A stretch of DNA of 64,000 bases, taken from positions 3,200,001 through 3,264,000 of the forward strand of contig OY821641.1 of NCBI GenBank assembly GCA_963555995.3. Direction: 5' to 3'. The notes beneath the pieces are model-generated. The model had not been told where the DNA came from and searched no databases. It worked only from the letters and a program-made list of their open reading frames with translations. The position numbers and the translations under genes were made by a program. Every line of letters begins with the position of its first letter. Position 1 is the first letter of the stretch. Shown one piece after another: positions 55,601-64,000 of this stretch. The DNA comes from Vicinamibacteria bacterium (GTDB lineage Bacteria > Acidobacteriota > Vicinamibacteria > Marinacidobacterales > Marinacidobacteraceae).

Positions 55601-58600
55601 CTGGCTGAACGACCACCGGGTGTTCGAACGCCGGATCGCGCCGGGCGCGCTCTCCGGGGCGATGGCGATGGCGGCGTCGCTGTCGGAGGGCGGCGGACCC
55701 GTTTGTCTCGAGGACATGCAGTTGCACAACCCCCTGGTCTTCACGGAGGACAAGGCGGAAGGCGAAACGGACGAAGGCGGCCGGAAACTGCAGGTCGCGC
55801 TCGACCCTCCGGAGGCCGGAGCGCCGCGGCGCGTCCAGGTCTTCAGCAAGGGGCCGGAGGGCGAATGGACCCTGCATCTGGAAGGCCGGTTTTCGCCGGA
55901 TCCGGGGGGGCCGGAAACCGGCGGACGAACCGATCTGGAAGGCCTGAAGGCCGGGCTGGCGCCTGGAGACGTGGGCGCCTACTACCGGGCGCGGGCGGCC
56001 ACCGGGATCGCCCTCGGCCCGTCGTTTCGGACCCTGGAACGGGTGTGGTCCCGCCCTGGCGAGGCGCTCGCCGAGGTGTCCTTCCCCGAGGCTCTCGGCC
56101 GGCACGAACTGGAGATCCACCCGCTGGTGCTGGACGGATGCTTCCAGACGGTCGGCGTCGCGCGCCTGTCCGGCGGAGCGGACGAGGCCACCTACCTGCC
56201 GTTCGGCTGGGACCGCGTCTGGCTCACCGGCCGGCTGCCGGACCGGGTGATCTGCCACGTGCGGATGAACGAGGCTTCGCCGGCGTCCGAGGCGGGGTCG
56301 GGAGAGCCTCCGGAGGTGCTGAGCGGGGAGATCCGGATCTACGACCCGGGCGGCGCGCTGCTCGGCGGACTGGACGGCTACGCGGTGAAGCGGGCCACCC
56401 GCGAAGCGCTGCTCTCCGCGGTCGAGGGCGTGGACGAACTGCTCTACGAGGTCGTCTGGCGGGACCGCCCGCTCCCGGCGGGAATCTCACCGGCGGACTT
56501 CTTCCCGAGCCCGGAAACGGTCGCCGCCGGCCAGCAGCTCCTGTCCGAATACCTGACGGCCGAGGGGGTCGCTCCCCGGGACCGGAACGGTCTGCTCGCG
56601 GACCTGGAGCGATGGTCGCGCTCCCGGGCGCTCGCGACGCTGGAGGAACTGGGGTTCCGCCGGGAGGCCGGCGCAACGGTGGACCCGGAGGTCCTGCGCG
56701 AGGGACTGAACGTCCTCCCCGAGCACCGGCGCCTGTTCCGCCGGATGCTCGAGATGCTGGCCAAGTCCGGCGTGCTGGCGGAAGCGGGCGACGGATTCAC
56801 CGTAACCGTGGGAGCCGGGGACCCGTTGCCGGAGCACCTGCCGCGGGACCTCGACGCGTTCGCCGACCGGATGGTGGAGCGGTATCCCCACGGGGTCACC
56901 GAGGTCGGGCTCTTCCGGCGGTGCGGCAGCGCGCTCGGGCAGGCGCTCCGCGGCGAGGCCGATCCGCTGACGCTCCTCTTCAGCAGCGGAGATCCCACCC
57001 CCGCGGACCTCTACCTGAAGGCGCCGGTCGCGCGCGCCGCGAACAAGATGCTGCGCGACGCGGTGCGGGCGCTGCTGGCCGACAACCCGGAGGGACGCCG
57101 GCTCCGGGTGATCGAGGTCGGTGCGGGAACGGGGTCGGCGACCACCTACCTCCTGCCGGAACTCCCCGAAGGACAGTTCCTCTACACCTACACCGACATC
57201 TCCGCCGGATTCTTCGCGGAGGCCGAGTCGCGCTTCGGGGATGCCGGCGGGTGCATCGAGTACCGCCCGCTGGACGTCGAGAAGGACCCGGTCGGCCAGG
57301 GCTTCGAACGCCACGGCTACGACCTGATCATCGCGTCGAACGTCCTGCACGCCACGCGCTCCCTGCCGGAGACGCTGGGGCACTGCCTGGACCTGCTGGC
57401 GCCCTCGGGAACGCTGGTCGCGCTCGAGAACCTCAGCGGTCTCGGCTGGATGGACCTGACCTTCGGGCAACTCGACGGCTGGTGGCGGTTCGCCGACGAC
57501 TACCGCCCGCACCACGCGCTGGCGAGCCCCGCGGTGTGGCGGCAGGCCCTCGGCGACGCCGGCTTCACCGGCGCCGAAGTGCTGGGCGTGGACGAGTCGG
57601 ACGCGTCGGTGACACCGGACAAGGGCGTGATCGTGGCGCAGGGACCCGCCGAGGTGAAGGAGGCTCCCGGCGCCTGGGTGGTGACCGGCGACGGCGGCGG
57701 CCTGGGCGACGCGGTGGCGGCCGGCCTGGCGGGGCGCAACCAGACGGTGGTGCTCGCGAACGGAGCGGCGCCCGGCGGCGAGGTCCCGCCCATCAGCGGT
57801 CCCGGCGTCTTCCGGGTGGCGGTGGAGGCGGACCGTCGCGAGTCGTGGCAGTCCGCGCTCGCCGGCCTGCCGGGGGACCTGCCCTTCGGCGGCGCGGTGC
57901 ATCTCGCGTCGCTGGACGGCCACGGGACAACCGCAGCGACGGCGGAAGTCGCGGAGGACGTCCGGATGGCGGGGGCCGGTGCTCTCGCCCTCACCCAGGC
58001 GGTGGCCGATGCGGACCTCACCCCCGCGAAGGGCCTGTGGTTCATCACCCGCGGCGCGCAGGTACTGGAACGGGAGACCGGCGGGGAGATCGCCGGCGCG
58101 ACGCTCTGGGGCTTCGGCAAGGCGGTGGCGCGGGAAGCGCCGCACCTCCGGGCGCGGATGCTGGACCTCGATCCGGCGGCGACGGCTCCCGAGCCGGACC
58201 TCCTGAACGAGCTGCTCTATCCCGACGAGGAGAACCACATCGCCTACCGGCGGGGAACCCGGCGGGTGGCGCGGCTGGTCCGGGCGGGAACCGAAGGGGA
58301 ACGGCTGACCCTGCCGGAGGATTCCGAGTGGGCGCTCGCGCCGGACCCCGAGGGCGTCTTCGAGAAGCCGTACGTCAAGCCGCTGCCGCCGCCGCCGCTC
58401 GAACCGCGGGAGGTGCGGGTCGGGGTCGAGGCCGCCGGGCTCAACTTCTGGGACGTGTTCCGCTCGCTCGGCTTCATCCCGGAGGGGGACCTCGGCCGGG
58501 AGATGTGCGGCCGCGTCCTCGAGGTGGGCTCCGAGGTGTCGCGCGTCGCGGTCGGCGACCCGGTCGTCGGGCTGGGCTTCGGGGCGTTCGCGGCGGCGAT

Positions 58601-61600
58601 GGTGACCCACGAGGAACTGGTGGCGCCCGCGCCGGCGGGCTTCTCCGCCACCGGACTCGCCACGGTGCCGAGCGCGTTCGTCTCGGCGGCGCTGTCCTTC
58701 GAGTTCACGGGACTGGCGCCGGGCGAACGGGTCCTGATCCACGCCGGCGCGGGTGGCGTGGGACTGGCCGCCGTCCAGTGGGTGCAGGCCGCGGGCGCGG
58801 AGGTCTTCGCCACCGCGAGTGCACCGAAGCAGGCGTATCTCCGCTCGCTGGGCGTGGAGCACGTGTTCGACAGCCGCCGGACGGCGTTCGGGGAGGAGAT
58901 CCGCGAGGCCACCGGCGGCGAGGGCGTGGACGTGGTGCTGAACAGCCTCACCGGCGAGGGCTTCATCGCCGCCAGCCTCTCCTGCCTCCGCAAAGGAGGC
59001 CGCTTCGTGGAGATGGCCCGGCGGGACATCCTGAGCGAGGAGGAGATGGCGGCGGTACGTCCCGATGTCCGCTACCACATCCTCGAACTGGACGTCCTGA
59101 AGAAGACGGAGCCCGAGACGGTCGGGCGGGTCTTCCGCGCCCTCATGGCGCGGGTGGAGGCCGGCGAGCTGAAGCCCATCGTCCACAGCCGCTGGCCGCT
59201 GGCCGAGGCGGGGGCGGCGCTCGGGTTCATGCGGTCCGGCCGGCACCTCGGCAAGATCGTGGTGACCGCGCCGCCGCTCCGGGAGGCCCGGCTGCGCGAG
59301 AACCGGACCTACCTCGTGACCGGCGGCCTCGGTGGAATCGGCTGCGCGGTGGCCGAATGGCTCGCGGACCGGGGGGCGGAGACCATCGTGCTGAACGGGC
59401 GCCGGGCGCCGGATCCGGCGGCGGAGGAGACCATCCGCGCGCTGCGCGAACGCGGGGTGACGGTCGAGGTGGCGCTCGCGGACGTGTCCGACTCCGCCGC
59501 CGTGGACCGGATGCTGGCGCGGCTGGACCGGGAACTCCCGCCGCTCGGGGGGATCATCCACAGCGTCGGGGTGCTCGCGGACGCCGCGCTGACCAACCAG
59601 AGCTGGGAGAGCTTCGAGACCGTGCTGCGGCCCAAGATCCTGGGCGCCTGGCACCTGCATCGCGCGACCCTGGACCGCGACCTGGACCTCTTCCTCCTCT
59701 TCTCGAGCCGGGTCGGCGTCATCGGGAACCCGGGCCAGGCGAACCACGCCGCCGCCAACGCCTTCCTCGACCAGCTCGCCGGCCACCGCCGCGCGATCGG
59801 ACTCGCCGGTCAGGCGATCGCCTGGGGGGCCTGGTCCGAGATCGGCGAGGCCGCCGAACAGCGGGGGCGGATCGAACGGCAACGCGCGGCGCTCGGCGGG
59901 CGCTGGTTCACCCCCGAGCAGGGCATCCGGGCGCTCGACCGGCTCGTGCGGCAGGACGTCACCCACTCCGTGGTGATGGCGATGGACTGGGGCGTCTTCG
60001 AGGAGGCCGTTCCGGACCGCCCCGCCCTGGTCGAGGACCTGCTGTCGAGCGGCTCGGAGGCCGAAGAAGACGACGCGGCATCGTCCGAAGACCTGTTGAC
60101 CCGGCTCCGGGGACCGGTCGGGCGGGAGCGGCAGGACCTGCTGGTGTCGTTCCTCCAGGGAGAGGTGCAGGCGGTGCTGCGGCTGTCCTCGGCGCCTTCC
60201 CCTACCGTGGGGTTCTTCGACCTCGGCATGGACTCGCTGATGGCGGTGGAATTCCGGAACCGGCTGAACCGGGCGTTCTCCGGGGTCTATACGGCGCCCA
60301 ACACCGTGGTCTTCGACTATCCGGACATCTCGAAGCTCGCGGCGCATCTCGACGAGGAGCTTGGCGAGGTGAGCGAGGCGCCGGCCCCGGAGACCGAACC
60401 CGCATCCACTCCGTTCGCCGTCTCGGTGCCGGCCCCGGCCGCGCCGGTCGCGGCGGTCGCGGCGGCGCCGCCAGAAGTTGCGGCGGAGGCGGACGGCATC
60501 GCCATCGTCGGGATGGCGTGCCGCTTCCCCGGGGCTCCCGACCTCGAGGCCTTCTGGCGCCAGCTCGAGGCGGGAGTGGAAGCCGTCGCCGATGGACGGC
60601 CGGACGGCGGGTCGTGGACCGGAATCGCCGGAGACCCGGCAGGCGCGGACGACGGCACGCGGCGCGGCGGTTTCATCGAGGGGATGGACCGGTTCGACGC
60701 GCGTTTCTTCGGAATCACGCCGATCGGGGCGTGGACCATGGACCCGCAGCACCGGCTGCTGCTGGAGACGAGCTGGCGGGCGCTCGAGGATGCGGGTCTG
60801 GATCCGGAGAAACTCCGGGACAGCAACACCGGCGTCTATGCCGGGGTCGCTTCCAGCGAGTACCGGGACCTGATGCTGGCCGCCGGCGAGAACATGAGCT
60901 ATCTCGGCACCGCGGCGAGCATGGCGGTCGGGACCGTTTCGTTCCGGCTGGGTCTGACCGGGCCGGCGATGGCGGTCGAACTCAACTGCGCGTCCGCCCT
61001 GGTCGCCGTGCACCACGCGGTCACGGCCCTCCGTCAGGGCGAGGTGGACCTGGCGCTCGCCGGCGGCGTGAACGCCATCCTCTCCCCCGGCAAGACGAGC
61101 GAGATGGTGGCGCTCGGCATGCTCTCGCCGACGGGGCGCTGCCGGGCCTTCGACGCCGCCGCCGACGGCTTCCCGCGGGGCGAGGGCTGCGGGATGGTGG
61201 CGCTCAAGCGGCTCGCCGAAGCGGAAGCGGACGGCGACCGGATCTGGGGCGTGATCCGCGGGTCGGCGGTCAACCAGAGCGGGGCGAGCGCCGGTCCCAC
61301 GGTGCCGAACGGCCGCGCCCAGCAGGCGGTCATGGAGGCCGCGCTGGCGCGCGCCGGGGTCGCTCCCGCGGAGGTGGACTACCTGGAGGCCCACGGGAAC
61401 GGCTCGGTGATGGGCGACCCCATCGAGGTGCAGGCGGCGGCCGCGGTGTACGGCAGGGGACGCGCGGCGGGCCGCCCGCTGCTGCTGGGCTCGGTGAAGA
61501 CGAACGTCGGCCACCTGGAGACCGCGGCGGGGGTGGCGGCGCTCATCAAGACCGCGCTGGCGATGAACCGGGGCGTGATCCCGCGGCACCTGCACTTCGA

Positions 61601-62744
61601 GAACCCGACCCCGGTGGTGGACTGGGACCGGCTGCCGGTCCGGGTGACGGATGCGGCGACGGAATGGCCCGCCCACCCCGATCGGCCCGCGCGGGCGGCG
61701 GTCAGCGCGTTCGGGGTTTCGGGGGCGAACGCGCACGCCGTCGTGGAGGGCTACGGAACTCCGGGCGGGACCCCGGCTGGACGCGGCGTGCCGGTCGCCA
61801 TTTCGAAGGCTGGGGCAGGCGGGGAACTGCTCGTGGCCACGGACGCCCCGGCGGCTCGCGGGACGCGTCTCCTGCCCCTCTCGGCCAAGTCGGACGCGGC
61901 CCTCGGAGCGCTCGCCCGAACCTGTCTGGACTGGCTCGACGAACGCACGGCCGAACTCACCTCCGGGAACGCGGCCGACCCGCTGCTGTCGGACCTGGCG
62001 TGGACCGCCGCGGTGGGCCGAAGTCATTTCGCCTGCCGGGCGGGCGTGGTGTTCCGGGATGCCGCGTCGCTGAGCGAGGCCCTGACCTCGCTCGCCGGGC
62101 CCGACGGGGTCCGGGAAACGGCGCCCGCCGCGCCGGCACCCAGGAAGGTCGCTTTCGCGTATTCCGGAGAGGCCGGCCCCTGGATCCGGGCGACGGAGCC
62201 GCTCTACGCGAGCGAGCCGGTGTTCCGGGCGGTGCTGGAGCGCTGCGACGGGTGGATCCGGGAGGAACGGGGAGCGTCCCTGCTCGAGGCGATGTTCGGC
62301 GGAGACGGTTCGCCGTCGCTCGAATCCCCGGAATGGTCCGGCCCGGCGCTCTACGCGGTGCAGTGCGCACTGACCGCGCTCTGGTCCAGCATCGGCATCG
62401 CGCCGCAGGCGGCGAACGGACAGGACGCCGGCGCGCTCGCCGCCGCGCGGGCGACCGGAGCCCTGGATCTGGAGGAAGGCCTGCGACTGGCGGTCCTTGG
62501 AGAAGCGCCACCCGGCGCCGGAAGCGCGAATCCGGAGCTCTCCGGCGGCAGCGAGATCGTGATCGAGATCGGTCCGGGGACCGCCGGGGGTTTCGCCGCC
62601 GCGGTGGCCGCGGCCTACGAGGCCGGTCTCGAAATCCACTTCGAGGGGCTGTTCGCCGGGGAAACCAGGCGGCGCATCGCACTGCCCGGCTATCCCTTCG
62701 AGCGCCGGCGCTACTGGATCCCAAGCCCCAACGCGCGTGCTTGA
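52674..62744 (+). CDS. supA: SupA-like type I polyketide synthase (KS-AT-DH-cMT-ER-KR-ACP-KS-truncated AT)
   Basis: AAGGAGG RBS. KS DAACASS/HGTGT/GHLE; AT GHSVG, RAFHS; DH HRV...P/LDGCFQ; MT EVGAGTG; ER HAGAGGVG; KR TGGLGGIG; ACP GMDSL; second KS LNCAS; AT remnant GQDAG. Architecture matches the sponge-symbiont SupA family. Confidence 0.8.
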   Translation: MASDHPARGPAARPRGAGTSSNRGEPVAVIGMACRFPGAPDIPSFWQLLETGGNAVTEGVPGSGVGRVGELLPESAASNTACRFGAFVPDLDLFDNGFFRISPVEAELLDPQQRMMLEVSWQALEDAGIDPDRLKGSRTGVYAGISNDEYRMLVVDGEKPAEAAGCLYALSGTNLNGAAGRVSFVLGVMGPAKAVDAACASSLVSVHDAVADLQAGKADLALAGGVQAILNGRIYELRADSMMLSPDGQCKAFDASANGYVRGEGCGVVVLKRLREAEADGDPIWGVIHGASVNHGGASVGLTVPHEPALVRVMNEALSDAGVAPADVDYIEAHGTGTTVGDPIEINAVAAAYAREREAEHPLLVGSVKTNLGHLESAAGIAGLIKAVLVVNRGVIPKHLHFRDPNPSLDWERLPIRVTAEMMAWPRRNGRPRLAGVNSFGISGTNSHLIVGEYRGAEGQPPPAGRLAASTRPVVVGEALRADGEFRERATRVLPLSGKTPGALQQLAGRYREWLDEAGAGDSAARRLPDVAWTAGVGRSQFDLRAAVVFSGAESLREQLRALADAGDGVEPGARARVAFAYTGQGSQWAGMGEALYGTEPAVRAVLDRCEAAFREARGTSLLDVMFGRGAGDADLGDTAWEQPALYALECALTALWSSVGIRPDVVMGHSVGEIAAAQAAGVFPLETGMRFAAARGTLLSGTAPGAMAAAFASAERVAAAIAAWNATSSELPVNISADNGAHQVVSGPASGIEGVLERLQEDGVRVRRLNTTRAFHSALVEPALPELEAVLHGQEIGSPTVTLVSNLTGRPVGPGEALDGAYWRRHAREPVAFAQGVGALAELGVDLVVEIGPRPVLAPMTMSAWPASAAAQPPAVIASQRAPSADEAAGGHAHFVEAVAEAWEAGLPVRFEGLFTGESRRRIGLPGYPFQRERYWLKTPKRRRQAAGHPLLGVRHESARGEITFETEVFPSDPAWLNDHRVFERRIAPGALSGAMAMAASLSEGGGPVCLEDMQLHNPLVFTEDKAEGETDEGGRKLQVALDPPEAGAPRRVQVFSKGPEGEWTLHLEGRFSPDPGGPETGGRTDLEGLKAGLAPGDVGAYYRARAATGIALGPSFRTLERVWSRPGEALAEVSFPEALGRHELEIHPLVLDGCFQTVGVARLSGGADEATYLPFGWDRVWLTGRLPDRVICHVRMNEASPASEAGSGEPPEVLSGEIRIYDPGGALLGGLDGYAVKRATREALLSAVEGVDELLYEVVWRDRPLPAGISPADFFPSPETVAAGQQLLSEYLTAEGVAPRDRNGLLADLERWSRSRALATLEELGFRREAGATVDPEVLREGLNVLPEHRRLFRRMLEMLAKSGVLAEAGDGFTVTVGAGDPLPEHLPRDLDAFADRMVERYPHGVTEVGLFRRCGSALGQALRGEADPLTLLFSSGDPTPADLYLKAPVARAANKMLRDAVRALLADNPEGRRLRVIEVGAGTGSATTYLLPELPEGQFLYTYTDISAGFFAEAESRFGDAGGCIEYRPLDVEKDPVGQGFERHGYDLIIASNVLHATRSLPETLGHCLDLLAPSGTLVALENLSGLGWMDLTFGQLDGWWRFADDYRPHHALASPAVWRQALGDAGFTGAEVLGVDESDASVTPDKGVIVAQGPAEVKEAPGAWVVTGDGGGLGDAVAAGLAGRNQTVVLANGAAPGGEVPPISGPGVFRVAVEADRRESWQSALAGLPGDLPFGGAVHLASLDGHGTTAATAEVAEDVRMAGAGALALTQAVADADLTPAKGLWFITRGAQVLERETGGEIAGATLWGFGKAVAREAPHLRARMLDLDPAATAPEPDLLNELLYPDEENHIAYRRGTRRVARLVRAGTEGERLTLPEDSEWALAPDPEGVFEKPYVKPLPPPPLEPREVRVGVEAAGLNFWDVFRSLGFIPEGDLGREMCGRVLEVGSEVSRVAVGDPVVGLGFGAFAAAMVTHEELVAPAPAGFSATGLATVPSAFVSAALSFEFTGLAPGERVLIHAGAGGVGLAAVQWVQAAGAEVFATASAPKQAYLRSLGVEHVFDSRRTAFGEEIREATGGEGVDVVLNSLTGEGFIAASLSCLRKGGRFVEMARRDILSEEEMAAVRPDVRYHILELDVLKKTEPETVGRVFRALMARVEAGELKPIVHSRWPLAEAGAALGFMRSGRHLGKIVVTAPPLREARLRENRTYLVTGGLGGIGCAVAEWLADRGAETIVLNGRRAPDPAAEETIRALRERGVTVEVALADVSDSAAVDRMLARLDRELPPLGGIIHSVGVLADAALTNQSWESFETVLRPKILGAWHLHRATLDRDLDLFLLFSSRVGVIGNPGQANHAAANAFLDQLAGHRRAIGLAGQAIAWGAWSEIGEAAEQRGRIERQRAALGGRWFTPEQGIRALDRLVRQDVTHSVVMAMDWGVFEEAVPDRPALVEDLLSSGSEAEEDDAASSEDLLTRLRGPVGRERQDLLVSFLQGEVQAVLRLSSAPSPTVGFFDLGMDSLMAVEFRNRLNRAFSGVYTAPNTVVFDYPDISKLAAHLDEELGEVSEAPAPETEPASTPFAVSVPAPAAPVAAVAAAPPEVAAEADGIAIVGMACRFPGAPDLEAFWRQLEAGVEAVADGRPDGGSWTGIAGDPAGADDGTRRGGFIEGMDRFDARFFGITPIGAWTMDPQHRLLLETSWRALEDAGLDPEKLRDSNTGVYAGVASSEYRDLMLAAGENMSYLGTAASMAVGTVSFRLGLTGPAMAVELNCASALVAVHHAVTALRQGEVDLALAGGVNAILSPGKTSEMVALGMLSPTGRCRAFDAAADGFPRGEGCGMVALKRLAEAEADGDRIWGVIRGSAVNQSGASAGPTVPNGRAQQAVMEAALARAGVAPAEVDYLEAHGNGSVMGDPIEVQAAAAVYGRGRAAGRPLLLGSVKTNVGHLETAAGVAALIKTALAMNRGVIPRHLHFENPTPVVDWDRLPVRVTDAATEWPAHPDRPARAAVSAFGVSGANAHAVVEGYGTPGGTPAGRGVPVAISKAGAGGELLVATDAPAARGTRLLPLSAKSDAALGALARTCLDWLDERTAELTSGNAADPLLSDLAWTAAVGRSHFACRAGVVFRDAASLSEALTSLAGPDGVRETAPAAPAPRKVAFAYSGEAGPWIRATEPLYASEPVFRAVLERCDGWIREERGASLLEAMFGGDGSPSLESPEWSGPALYAVQCALTALWSSIGIAPQAANGQDAGALAAARATGALDLEEGLRLAVLGEAPPGAGSANPELSGGSEIVIEIGPGTAGGFAAAVAAAYEAGLEIHFEGLFAGETRRRIALPGYPFERRRYWIPSPNARA

Positions 62745-62769
62745 CAGCCAGGTCCGCCGAGAGCCGTAA

Positions 62770-62945
62770 TGGCGCCGCCGGCTTGGAACGCCGGCTTCAG
62801 CCGGCACCGCGGCCCGCAGGGCCGTGGGCGGTTCGTCGCTACCCGGGGTGCATTGGCGCGCAGCCGCTCCATCCCGCCGAATGAGGCCCGTCTCCGCCGC
62901 CCGCCTTCGGCGGGCTGTGCCGGCTGAAGCCGGCGTTCCAAGCCG
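62770..62945. repeat. REPIN-like element between convergent PKS and hydrolase genes (possible terminator role)
   Basis: REPs at 62785(+) and 62917(-). Confidence 0.85.
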
Positions 62946-62964
62946 TTTCCGCCGTTTTCCGTAG

Positions 62965-63870
62965 TCAGTAGAGGCTCTGGACCCGCACGAAGTCGCGGGT
63001 CGCGGCGGCGCAGGCTTCGGGATTCTCGAGCGGCAGGAAGTGGGTGGTCTCCGGGATGAAGTCGTAGTCCACGGTGAGCACGTGGGTCATGTCGAAGGTC
63101 GGCAGGTAGGAATACGGCAGCGTCGGATCAGCCCCGACCACCTTGGTGGGACAGGGGAGGTTCTCGAAGTCCACGAGCGCCGAGAACGCGCGCGCGTAGT
63201 CAATGATCTGGGCCTCGTACTCCTTGGGGCAGCGAAGCTCGAAGCCCGCTCCGTCCGCGGCCGGGCGCAGGGTCGTCCGGGCCATGAGGTCGAGGACCCC
63301 GGGCGCCACCCGGCTGAACGCGGGGACCACGCTCAGCACGGCGGAGAAATCGGCCTCCGACTTGAACCGGTCGGTGCGCCGCCGGGTCATGGCCGCGGTG
63401 AACTCGGCGGCGGTGTCGAACTGCGCCTGGCTGCGGCCCGGTTTGCACACCGGCGGGTCGAAGAGGACGCGACCGGCGTAACCGCGGCTACCGTCGGAGG
63501 CGAGGAGGCTGGTCAGCGCGGAGAACGAGTGAAAGACACCGACCTTGGGTTTGGGCCCGAAATGGGAATCAATCGCTTCCAGGATCAGGTCGTGATCCTG
63601 GACGAGCGTGGGGAGGCTGTGCGCGCGCTGGGGGCCGACCGTGTTCCAGCCGTGGTTCCGCAGGTCATGGACGAACAGGTCGAAGTCCGCCGCCAGCAAC
63701 GACCAGAACGGAACGTAGAGATCGATCGCGAGGCCGTTCCCGTGGCTGAGGACCAGCCGCGGTCCGTCCGGATTCCCGTGGCGGCGGAGGACGGTTCGGG
63801 TGTCCGCATCCAGTTGCACCTCCAGTAGGGAGGCTGGCTCGGGAACCTCCCAAGCCCTTTCCGAAGTCAT
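62965..63870 (-). CDS. Alpha/beta hydrolase (SupD/SupE-like)
   Basis: LSHGNG, DLRNHG, FHSFSA nucleophile elbow and THFLPLE. Adjacent to the PKS. Confidence 0.75.
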   Translation of the reverse strand: MTSERAWEVPEPASLLEVQLDADTRTVLRRHGNPDGPRLVLSHGNGLAIDLYVPFWSLLAADFDLFVHDLRNHGWNTVGPQRAHSLPTLVQDHDLILEAIDSHFGPKPKVGVFHSFSALTSLLASDGSRGYAGRVLFDPPVCKPGRSQAQFDTAAEFTAAMTRRRTDRFKSEADFSAVLSVVPAFSRVAPGVLDLMARTTLRPAADGAGFELRCPKEYEAQIIDYARAFSALVDFENLPCPTKVVGADPTLPYSYLPTFDMTHVLTVDYDFIPETTHFLPLENPEACAAATRDFVRVQSLY

Positions 63871-64000
63871 CGGAACGTGCCGGCTCGCGGGGCCGCTGGC
63901 CGCCGGGCCCGGCACGGTGCAGGTCCGGCGCGGCGCCGGAGCTCCGGGCGGATCAGCCGGAGTGCTTGTCCACGAGGGCGGCAATCCCCCGCAGCGTCGT

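Noticed and set aside
54212-62884. 2890-aa (+) and 2106-aa (-, 56487-62807) ORFs overlapping the PKS
   Set aside because: Low-complexity Arg/Gly/Pro-rich or antisense shadow frames expected from high-GC codon bias; no domain motifs.
8791-62939. Palindromic 23-26 bp repeats as a CRISPR array
   Set aside because: Dispersed, in both orientations, with homologous rather than unique spacers, and no cas genes.

Overview
High-GC (roughly 70% by eye) bacterial chromosomal window. It is probably from a marine-sponge symbiont and possibly Acidobacteriota; this is inferred from a SupA-type PKS, a Calx-beta/cadherin autotransporter, Uma2 and AAA-PD-(D/E)XK genes, and the mfd-surA-surA arrangement. Two lower-GC defence islands interrupt the housekeeping backbone. 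The first (1-7300) has SspC/SspD-like phosphorothioation genes followed by a stand-alone DUF262 gene, a 2-TM hypothetical gene and a MTase-Mrr fusion. The second (35550-40550) has tandem DUF262(-DUF1524) genes plus a frameshifted PD-(D/E)XK-like gene. About 30 copies of a REP-like palindrome (GGARCGCCGGC-TTCA-GCCGGCAC and co-varying variants) occupy intergenic regions. Many form inverted pairs, two ~232-bp composites flank a small coiled-coil gene, and two copies appear to be read in-frame in protein N-termini. Other notable items are three orphan antitoxins (one beside an internally deleted vapC), a chimeric decayed copy of ABC-transporter 3' ends bracketing an inserted adhesin gene, and a 10-kb SupA-like type I PKS (KS-AT-DH-MT-ER-KR-ACP-KS-AT0). 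No rRNA, tRNA, CRISPR array or transposase was recognised. All family assignments come from motif recognition by eye, not database searches.
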